From the IMG/VR virus record IMGVR_UViG_3300033112_000355: DNA of 20,000 nucleotides, one strand, 5' to 3'. Source of the DNA: an uncultured virus (IMG/VR IMGVR_UViG_3300033112_000355) (lineage: Duplodnaviria > Heunggongvirae > Uroviricota > Caudoviricetes). Below, in pieces: positions 1 to 6,803 of this stretch (within the stretch, counting starts at the first letter, position 1; the number at the start of each line of letters is the position of its first letter). The position numbers and the translations under genes are program-made. The notes under the pieces were generated by a model. The model ran no database searches. It was not told where the DNA came from and was given only the letters and a program-made list of their open reading frames with translations.

Positions 1-841
1 GTCCTCCTGTTCCTGATATATTATTTCCTGTTATAGTTGCTCCTGATATGCGAGAATAGACACCACTTGTGCCGGAAATTAAATCTCCCGTAATACTTGT
101 ACCTGAAAGATATGTAAAGACACCGCTTGTACCAGAAATGGAGTTTCCAGTGATAGTGTTACCGGTAATAGTTCCTGTTATATAAGCACCAGAAGCAGTT
201 AAAAGTCCGCTGACACCGAGAGCACCGCTTACCGTAAGCTCCCCAGTGACAGTAACGCCACTTATGGTTACTGTTTGCGCTGTTAGTGTTCCAAATTCAC
301 CAGAGACACCTGTAATAGTTCCGCCACTAATATCAGCCGCTGTGAAATTAGAAGTTGCAAAATTTAAAGCATTAACTGTATCCCCTGTTATAACTGCTCC
401 TGAAAAATAAGAAGTTACGATACCTGTTGAATAAGTAAAGGTTGTGCCAGTTAGCGTCGTAACTGTGCCAGTCCCAATTTCAGATTGATTAAAAAATGAA
501 TTATCGCCAGATACAGTATCCCCACTAATAGTTCCAGAAATAATTGCATCGTCCTGTACAGTCAGCCCAGACACGGTGGCAGCGTGGGTGACTAGCAGAC
601 CAGATGTAGTAGTTAATCCGCTTATTGTCGCGTTGCCGCCAACAATAATATCTCCTGAAAATGTATTACCGCTCGTGTTCTGAAAGTACTGATCCAGATA
701 AACAACTAGTTCATCAAACTGAAATTTCTTATTACGTAAAGAAGGATCTGCTTCGTTAACAGCTACGACTGTAAGCAGATCCTCATCAACAATAGAGCCG
801 CCCTCAATATTGGGCATCTCTGTAATTTTCCTATTAGCCAC
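1..841 (-). CDS. Putative tail fibre/spike protein with short T/S/G-rich repeats; 3'-truncated by the window edge
   Basis: Absent from the ORF track. Manual translation from GTG at 841 gives MANRKITEMPNIEGGSIVDEDLLTVVAVNEADPSLRNKKF..., then repeats such as ISGTISGDTVSG. The same frame reads ISGATITGNNISGTGG at the window edge; the middle was not checked codon by codon. A TATAAT lies 25 nt upstream. Confidence 0.7.
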   Translation of the reverse strand, partial: MANRKITEMPNIEGGSIVDEDLLTVVAVNEADPSLRNKKFQFDELVVYLDQYFQNTSGNTFSGDIIVGGNATISGLTTTSGLLVTHAATVSGLTVQDDAIISGTISGDTVSGDNSFFNQSEIGTGTVTTLTGTTFTYSTGIVTSYFSGAVITGDTVNALNFATSNFTAADISGGTITGVSGEFGTLTAQTVTISGVTVTGELTVSGALGVSGLLTASGAYITGTITGNTITGNSISGTSGVFTYLSGTSITGDLISGTSGVYSRISGATITGNNISGTGG

Positions 842-878
842 CGAAAATCAAGCAAGTTCTGATACAATTATAAATCTT

Positions 879-1304
879 TTATTTTTCCCTAATCTCAATC
901 CGCGATAAAATATCTGTAGAAAAACCCCATGCAAATTGAGCACCTGCCAAGATTCCCGTTGATAATGCCAGGATAATTAGAATTTCTGCAATTGTTAGAT
1001 TGCGGCGCAAATAAACCACATTCGGCTGTGGCGCTGGTGCTTGGTACTTCGGAGTTGGTGATGGTTGCGGACGAGGCGGGGCTTGAGGCGGTTGAGCCAA
1101 AGGCGGGGTAGCCATTGGGTTGGCAGGGGGCTGCATACCGCGAGCTGCAATTGCCTGTTGCATCGCAAGGTCACGGGCACGTGCCTTTAAGGATTCAAGA
1201 TTTTCTGGATTAAAAGTAGGTTCTTGATAGGTCTGTTCGTATTGCGGCTGCTCGTCTACTTGAGCAGGATTGCTTGAAGGAATTTGCTCTTGCATACTAG
1301 ACAT
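879..1304 (-). CDS. Hypothetical Pro/Gln-rich protein with one C-terminal transmembrane helix
   Basis: 141-aa ORF with a PQ-rich linker and hydrophobic IAEILIILALSTGILAGAQFAWGF. Confidence 0.7.
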   Translation of the reverse strand: MSSMQEQIPSSNPAQVDEQPQYEQTYQEPTFNPENLESLKARARDLAMQQAIAARGMQPPANPMATPPLAQPPQAPPRPQPSPTPKYQAPAPQPNVVYLRRNLTIAEILIILALSTGILAGAQFAWGFSTDILSRIEIREK

Positions 1305-1347
1305 TTACTTCGTAAATAGATTAGCATTATTGAAAATAAAAAGCGAT

Positions 1348-1785
1348 ATGACAGATGAAATCTCTCGCTGTCTCAAGAAAATTGGAACTGAACTTGAGAA
1401 TGTCAACAAGGCATTAAATAGTATTTGGTACAGCCGCTATCAAAATGGAGAAACCGACGTACTAGATCCAAGATGTCATGCGGATGAGTATATAACACTT
1501 GAAGTATGCGCTAAACGATTACACGTGACTCCGCAGACGATCAGAAACTGGATCAAAACCGGAATGCACAACGACAATAAGGGCTGGAAACAGGGCATTC
1601 ACTACGTAAACGTAGCCGGAGACGCAAGGATTAAGGGATACTTAAGAGTTCCTTGGAATAGTCTTGTGCAGACTTTCGCCAAAAATCCAATTGAAAAAGA
1701 AATTCTCCACAAGAATGTGGGTGGACGCAGGCTTTATAAAGACATTCCTAGGCCTGATGACGAAGCAGATCATCCGAAGTTATGA
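1348..1785 (+). CDS. Helix-turn-helix (excisionase/MerR-like) DNA-binding protein
   Basis: YITLEVCAKRLHVTPQTIRNWIKTG is a typical Xis/HTH_17-like motif. ATG 1348 is preferred over TTG 1270, which overlaps the divergent gene. Confidence 0.65.
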   Translation: MTDEISRCLKKIGTELENVNKALNSIWYSRYQNGETDVLDPRCHADEYITLEVCAKRLHVTPQTIRNWIKTGMHNDNKGWKQGIHYVNVAGDARIKGYLRVPWNSLVQTFAKNPIEKEILHKNVGGRRLYKDIPRPDDEADHPKL

Positions 1786-2237
1786 GTTATAGATTTTACG
1801 GCTTCAATATAGAAGATGTCAATTTGGAAAATTACTCGGATATCCTGCCGAAATCTTTGGCGTACCAAATAGAAATCTTTTTGCCGCCTGAAGGGTCTTT
1901 TGCAACCCCTGATCTTCAGCGGTACTTGCAAATTTTAAAAAATTATGAAGAAGAGGACGAGGGATCTAGTATGACACTCGCAAATAGATTACGTGTTGCC
2001 TTTAGAGATTTGAAACCGGATACGATCTGCGGAAAATTTCCACAGGCAGAACTTCCTCTAAAAAGAAGACTCAGGTGTGTAGCCGAATATCTTATACGTT
2101 CAAATGAATTTAGAAAACTTCGTGATGAAAATGGTAAACTCATCAAGAGAAAGGGTGTACTAGGGAAAATGGTAGTTATCTATCAACCTGAACCTAAGCT
2201 CCTTGAATCCTTACGTCGTCAAGATTTACTGCAATGA
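1782..2237 (+). CDS. Hypothetical phage protein
   Basis: 151-aa ORF with ATGA overlaps to both neighbours (translational coupling). Confidence 0.75.
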   Translation: MSYRFYGFNIEDVNLENYSDILPKSLAYQIEIFLPPEGSFATPDLQRYLQILKNYEEEDEGSSMTLANRLRVAFRDLKPDTICGKFPQAELPLKRRLRCVAEYLIRSNEFRKLRDENGKLIKRKGVLGKMVVIYQPEPKLLESLRRQDLLQ

Positions 2238-2638
2238 ACAGAAGAGAAAAGCTTTTATTAAGCATCCTTGGTAAAGAGCCTGATCTAACTAAGACAAGGA
2301 TGTTGGATACGACTGTAAAAATTATTCTTGGTGACCTGGGAAAACAGTATTCAAAATTCTGGGAGCTTGAAGGCCCTGGCGTCATGTGTTTTCAGCCCCA
2401 TCAGGAACGCTCAATGTTTTACATGACGCTTAAAGAAATTCATTCAGCAGAAGAAAACTGTCAACGTGAGAACGACGGACAACTTGCAGAAACTTTTCGT
2501 CGAATCTTAGAGGCAGGACAAAAAATCGACCCGAGTGAAAAGGCTGGTTACATAATCAATGACGATAACGGAATTCGTTATTTTGAAATTTGCTACAACA
2601 CCGCCAGTGAAAGTTCTTTAGAAGACGTTGTTCAATGA
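2234..2638 (+). CDS. Hypothetical phage protein
   Basis: 134-aa ORF, ATGA-coupled on both sides. Confidence 0.75.
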   Translation: MNRREKLLLSILGKEPDLTKTRMLDTTVKIILGDLGKQYSKFWELEGPGVMCFQPHQERSMFYMTLKEIHSAEENCQRENDGQLAETFRRILEAGQKIDPSEKAGYIINDDNGIRYFEICYNTASESSLEDVVQ

Positions 2639-3216
2639 GACCTTTTGTAGAGAATGAAGATTTTGAACTGATCTCAAACTATGACTTAGTTCAGAGTGCT
2701 CATGCTTTACTTGGCGGCATCGACTTAGATGTTGCGAGTTCAGACAAAGCAAATTGCTACGTAGGTGCGGATGCATATTACACACCATCTATGGATGGGC
2801 TAAACGAACAGCCCTGGTCGGACAGCATTTATTTGTTTCCTCCAGGGGGTACTTACTTCTGGCAGCACAAAATGCAGCGCTGGAAAAAGACAAGGTCTGC
2901 ATCAGTAACACTCACATCGTCTCAGGCTGTTTGGTTCAGGCGGATGTACCGTGAATGGATGAAAGGAAATATCAAACAAGGCGTATTCATGACAAATCAT
3001 CCTGACATGATTCGACATGATCAGCGTATATTCGATTTTCCAATCTGCATATTGAAACATGCGCCGATGATGATTAAAAACACAAGTCAGGGTGTAGACG
3101 AAAGAAAGCAAACATCAACAACCATAATCGTTTATATGCCTCCACATGGATTAAACACAGCAAATATCGAGAAGTTTATCGAGATTTATTCCGAAAAAGG
3201 CAGAATTATTTGCTAG
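2635..3216 (+). CDS. Phage Dam-like DNA N6-adenine methyltransferase homologue with atypical catalytic motif
   Basis: GGIDLDVASS, DGLNEQPW and IYLFPPG occur in the order of the phage Dam family motifs DLDPAS / DGL..W / VWxNPPY. Confidence 0.65.
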   Translation: MRPFVENEDFELISNYDLVQSAHALLGGIDLDVASSDKANCYVGADAYYTPSMDGLNEQPWSDSIYLFPPGGTYFWQHKMQRWKKTRSASVTLTSSQAVWFRRMYREWMKGNIKQGVFMTNHPDMIRHDQRIFDFPICILKHAPMMIKNTSQGVDERKQTSTTIIVYMPPHGLNTANIEKFIEIYSEKGRIIC

Positions 3217-3242
3217 GCTTTTCCTTAAGCAATGAACAAAAG

Positions 3243-3830
3243 ATGACGCTGTTAGCCGACTTTGAAATTCGAGATCTTGCCCGTGTTCATAAGATGATCG
3301 AACCTTTTGTTGAGCATGTAGTCAAAGAAGAGGACGGTCAAAAGGTTCTGAGTTACGGCTTGGGTTCTTATGGATATGACATTCGTCTTGATAGTAAAGA
3401 GTGTTTTTTATTCGGCGGTGTTCAGACAGGAGTTTGTGATCCAAAAGCTTTTGATGAAGGAATTCTGAAGCCTCTAGACTTGCATGAGGATGAAAGGGGA
3501 AAATTTTTTATTCTTCCTCCCTATGGTTATTGCCTGGGTGTTGCAAAAGAAAGGCTTAAACTGCCTCGTAATGTAACTGTAATTGCTGTTGGCAAATCGA
3601 CTTATGCTCGATCTGGAATCATGGTCAACATTACACCAGCTGAAGCTTGTTGGGAGGGTTATCTGACATTAGAAATCAGTAACTGCACAGGACTATTTAA
3701 TAGAGTCTATGCCGAAGAAGGAATTACTCAACTTTTATTTATGGCTGGGAGGCCTTGCTCTGTCAGCTACCAGGATCGAAGCGGTAAGTATCAATCACAA
3801 CCCCATCAAGTTGTCTTCTCTAAAGTCTAG
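3243..3830 (+). CDS. dcd: dCTP deaminase
   Basis: SYGLGSYGYDIRL, GKSTYARSGI, TPAEACWEGYLTLEISN, YAEEGITQLLF and SYQDRSGKYQ are the conserved Dcd motifs. ATG 3243 is the preferred start. Confidence 0.93.
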   Translation: MTLLADFEIRDLARVHKMIEPFVEHVVKEEDGQKVLSYGLGSYGYDIRLDSKECFLFGGVQTGVCDPKAFDEGILKPLDLHEDERGKFFILPPYGYCLGVAKERLKLPRNVTVIAVGKSTYARSGIMVNITPAEACWEGYLTLEISNCTGLFNRVYAEEGITQLLFMAGRPCSVSYQDRSGKYQSQPHQVVFSKV

Positions 3831-4174
3831 AAACCGTAGAACCTTCCAAACCTGAAACCTGGTTTCTTACTGACCATCATTCCGCCTGCACCGGGTCTTC
3901 CGTAATTCCGACCACGGAGACTCGGCAGCTCAACGCCATTGATTGAGAACTTACCAACTGGAATACGAGAACCAAACCCTGGCTCATTAATGTTTTGTCG
4001 TTTCCGATATTCTCCTGCTGCTTTGGCACTAGCTATTCGCCTTCTGTTTTTATCTTCTACTCTTTCAGGATTAGATCTTTCCTGAAAAGCAAATCGTGCA
4101 GCTGCATTCAAGCGACGATTATCTCCTTGAAGAAATCGCGCATCTGCTGAATAAGTAGACTGTATTTTTTTCAA
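3827..4174 (-). CDS. Hypothetical basic (Arg/Gly-rich) protein
   Basis: 115-aa ORF convergent with dcd. TTG start has a TATAAT 23 nt upstream. Confidence 0.6.
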   Translation of the reverse strand: MKKIQSTYSADARFLQGDNRRLNAAARFAFQERSNPERVEDKNRRRIASAKAAGEYRKRQNINEPGFGSRIPVGKFSINGVELPSLRGRNYGRPGAGGMMVSKKPGFRFGRFYGF

Positions 4175-4228
4175 AGTCTAAATTACTGCCTGTTACTATT
4201 ATAAAAGGACATAATCAAAGTAATAAAA

Positions 4229-4723
4229 ATGTTTGATGTAGCCACGAGTTTTCTGGAGAACTTCGTTGGAAGCAATCCTTATGTAAGGAGGTGCGTTACA
4301 GGCTGTGATACAAATGGACAGCCTTTAGATAATTATTATGCAGACGTTCCGATGTATGATAATTACAACAACGGACTTTCAACATGCGAAGAGGGTTACA
4401 ACAGGGAGAACCTTGCGCTAACGGGCAACAATCAACCTGTGTTGATGTCTCCGGAAGCAATGGCAGATCAACAAGTGACCCGGATGCCAGGAAGTCAGGC
4501 ATCAGTAGACAGGGGTTTTTATATCGGGAAGGAAATGGCTCCAGTGATTCCGGGACAAGCTCCGGGAGCACGGCCGGGCCTGACGGGCTACATTCCGAGC
4601 ATGGAGGAAGCGCTGGCTGCAGGGACGACGAACGGAGTTACCGGGTCGTTGATGATGGTGGAGCTGGGTCCGGACGAGCAGATGATGCAGGAGTCAATGA
4701 AAAGGCGTGGTTTGATCCGGTAG
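4229..4723 (+). CDS. Hypothetical phage protein
   Basis: 164-aa ORF with ATG after an AT-rich intergenic region. Confidence 0.65.
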   Translation: MFDVATSFLENFVGSNPYVRRCVTGCDTNGQPLDNYYADVPMYDNYNNGLSTCEEGYNRENLALTGNNQPVLMSPEAMADQQVTRMPGSQASVDRGFYIGKEMAPVIPGQAPGARPGLTGYIPSMEEALAAGTTNGVTGSLMMVELGPDEQMMQESMKRRGLIR

Positions 4724-4725
4724 AA

Positions 4726-4998
4726 ATGGATTGCCCTGGGGGTGTGTGTCCAGTACCTTGGGCCAACTCAAAATCAGATACAACTGAATCCGATAATGTG
4801 AATCATCCGTCACATTATACGGATGGAAACATTGAATGCATTGAAGCCATAGAAGCACAGCTTAGTGCAGAAGAATATAGAGGCTACCTCAAAGGCAACA
4901 TCGCAAAATACTTGTGGCGAGAAAAGCACAAAGGCGGAGTTGAGTCTTTAAAAAAAGCCGAATGGTATTTAAAAAGACTCATCGAAACTGACGGATAG
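4726..4998 (+). CDS. DUF3310-type (SaV-like) phage protein
   Basis: DNVNHPSHYTDGNIECIEAI...GYLKGNIAKYLWREKHKGGVESLKKAEWYL is the DUF3310 signature. The start is uncertain; the frame is open back to 4384. Confidence 0.85.
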   Translation: MDCPGGVCPVPWANSKSDTTESDNVNHPSHYTDGNIECIEAIEAQLSAEEYRGYLKGNIAKYLWREKHKGGVESLKKAEWYLKRLIETDG

Positions 4999-4999
4999 T

Positions 5000-5290
5000 T
5001 TATAAAAGACAATTGTCATCATCGTCTTCACCTATTTGGTCCTCAGGAATGTAAGACACAAGCTCTGAAAGCTCTAGGTCAGTAGGGATATCGAATTCAA
5101 TATCGACTTGTTCTTCTGCCATTAGGGCTTTCAGTGCGTTCCATTCCATCAACCTTTGGTGATAGAGGTTTAGCAATGCACAAATTAATTCATCTCGATT
5201 TAAATCCTTGGCATGCACCTCTGCCTTACGCATCGCGAATTGCATTTCCAAGGGGAGATGAAACTCTTTAGTCTCAGAACTATGTTCCAT
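5000..5290 (-). CDS. nblA: NblA-like phycobilisome degradation adaptor with acidic C-terminal tail
   Basis: LPLEMQFAMR...DLNRDE...LLNLYHQ...L aligns without gaps to the NblA pattern LSLEQQFxxR...xMSxDQ...LxxLYxQ...L. A GAGGAG RBS lies at 5295-5300. Confidence 0.7.
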   Translation of the reverse strand: MEHSSETKEFHLPLEMQFAMRKAEVHAKDLNRDELICALLNLYHQRLMEWNALKALMAEEQVDIEFDIPTDLELSELVSYIPEDQIGEDDDDNCLL

Positions 5291-5312
5291 GTAACTCCTC
5301 TTTTATACAATT

Positions 5313-5975
5313 TTACTCTAAAGCATAAAAGAGTCGATCAATTTCTTGCTCTATCGGAAAACTAAGAGTGGCATCTAAACCGAATTCATTTGCAAATTCG
5401 GATAGTACATAAGGGTTGACGCGCTCTTCGAATTTGCGAATTGCATTCACCTGACGCATGGATGCTTCATAATCTCTAAAAGCTTTTAATAAAACATCTG
5501 GCGGCATCCAGGCAAGCTCATCGATGTTTGTTAAAAATACATCTCCTTCCTCTCGTCTTCTTTCTAAAAGACCGCCAATTACTTTGTGTTCATCGTCAAA
5601 AACCCAACGGTTGAACTCATGGATTACTTCAGCAAAATCTCCTCTCTCAATTGCATCGACAATTGAGCTGTACAGAAAAGCTTCCCACCCTACAGAGTGA
5701 ATGAAAGATAGTAAAGCATTCTTCATATGCGGGTCTAGATCTAATTTCAGCGCATCAAGTTCGCTGTCAATCACGTCTAGTTCTGCAAGCAAATACTCAA
5801 ATGCTTTTTTTCTTGAAACTAGCTGACCCTTTAATACGGGAGACCCATCTGGATAAAACTCTGAACCGTAACCAATTGTATAGGGTTCTCCGCCAGTGGC
5901 TGGATCAGGACATGCACGTTCATTAAAACCCTCGTACTTTTTTATGATACAAATAGCAGGAGAAAAATCGTGCAT
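5313..5975 (-). CDS. Phage lysozyme (GH24) endolysin with C-terminal extension
   Basis: IIKKYEG...PDPATGGEPYTIGYG (catalytic E/D/T region), ALLSF..SVG and GLLERRREE. Confidence 0.88.
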   Translation of the reverse strand: MHDFSPAICIIKKYEGFNERACPDPATGGEPYTIGYGSEFYPDGSPVLKGQLVSRKKAFEYLLAELDVIDSELDALKLDLDPHMKNALLSFIHSVGWEAFLYSSIVDAIERGDFAEVIHEFNRWVFDDEHKVIGGLLERRREEGDVFLTNIDELAWMPPDVLLKAFRDYEASMRQVNAIRKFEERVNPYVLSEFANEFGLDATLSFPIEQEIDRLFYALE

Positions 5976-6060
5976 GAGATACACAGAGCTGAGCTGATTA
6001 TAAGCTATTTGTAAAAGAAAATGATTGTTACTCTAGAATATGCATAACCAAACTATTTCT

Positions 6061-6243
6061 ATGACTTCACATCAGTCAAAGCAGGGTCGTGCTGGCGCAG
6101 CAAAAGCTAAGACTTCTGCTAAAGCTCCAAAGAAACTAGAGAAGACTCCTATGAATGGAAAGGCAAAAGCAAAAGGGCCAGGTAAAGAAGAGTCAATGAA
6201 GGAGAAGATGGCCCGGCTTCGTGCTATGCGTAAAAAGAAGTAA
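6061..6243 (+). CDS. Small Lys/Ala-rich basic protein
   Basis: Within ORF 6040..6243. ATG 6061 is preferred because TAGAAT lies 21 nt upstream. Confidence 0.6.
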   Translation: MTSHQSKQGRAGAAKAKTSAKAPKKLEKTPMNGKAKAKGPGKEESMKEKMARLRAMRKKK

Positions 6244-6245
6244 AA

Positions 6246-6359
6246 TTATTTTCCCTGACCGCGCAGTTTCTTTTTACCTTTCTTGGGGCGAGAATGTTTC
6301 CCTTGCCCCTGAGAGGTTTTCTTTGGCTGACCTTCAACGTAACCGCCGCTTTTAATCAT
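6246..6359 (-). CDS. 37-aa basic phage microprotein
   Basis: Manual translation: MIKSGGYVEGQPKKTSQGQGKHSRPKKGKKKLRGQGK. It has an ATGA overlap with the upstream ORF and TATAAT 21 nt upstream. It resembles PKKTRQG...RGQGK peptides recalled from cyanophages. Confidence 0.7.
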   Translation of the reverse strand: MIKSGGYVEGQPKKTSQGQGKHSRPKKGKKKLRGQGK

Positions 6360-6535
6360 TTATCAAGAGAAGCTTCACATATTATACTAAACAAAAACAG
6401 TTTCATTTGCTGTAATTTCACTTGTTCTTCTGGAGGTCTGGCAGGAGAACCAGGCCAATATTGAATGGCATCACAGACAGCCGTGTACAAAGTTCTGCAA
6501 TCTTCAATCGATAACTGCAGTTCTACACTTACCAT
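6356..6535 (-). CDS. 59-aa hypothetical phage protein (WPGSPARPPEEQ motif)
   Basis: Manual translation: MVSVELQLSIEDCRTLYTAVCDAIQYWPGSPARPPEEQVKLQQMKLFLFSIICEASLDK. It overlaps both neighbours and exactly fills the gap between them. Confidence 0.72.
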   Translation of the reverse strand: MVSVELQLSIEDCRTLYTAVCDAIQYWPGSPARPPEEQVKLQQMKLFLFSIICEASLDK

Positions 6536-6801
6536 GCTTTACAACTCCAATATCCTGCACTCATTTTATCTTTCTTTTCGTCGCATTTATGACGAGCCCT
6601 AAAGCTTTTCCTTCTTTCTGGATTATCTTTTTTGATTGACATATTGGCATCTCCAAAACGCACAATCTTTTCTTTACCTCCTGAACAAGCTTTTACGACA
6701 GATTTTTTGCCTCCTTTTACATCCCTACGCGGTTTGTTGCAAGGCATCTTATCTTTCTGAATTTTCGCAGCTTTTGCTGCTTTTAATCTTTTGTTAGACA
6801 T
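6529..6801 (-). CDS. Small basic phage protein (KIVRFG...RRKSFRARHKC...YWSCKAW)
   Basis: 90-aa Lys-rich ORF with a motif recalled from aquatic phages; function unknown. Confidence 0.8.
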   Translation of the reverse strand: MSNKRLKAAKAAKIQKDKMPCNKPRRDVKGGKKSVVKACSGGKEKIVRFGDANMSIKKDNPERRKSFRARHKCDEKKDKMSAGYWSCKAW

Positions 6802-6803
6802 AA

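Noticed and set aside
879..1304. Holin or spanin assignment
   Set aside because: A single TM helix is the only support, there is no lipobox, and it is not adjacent to the endolysin.
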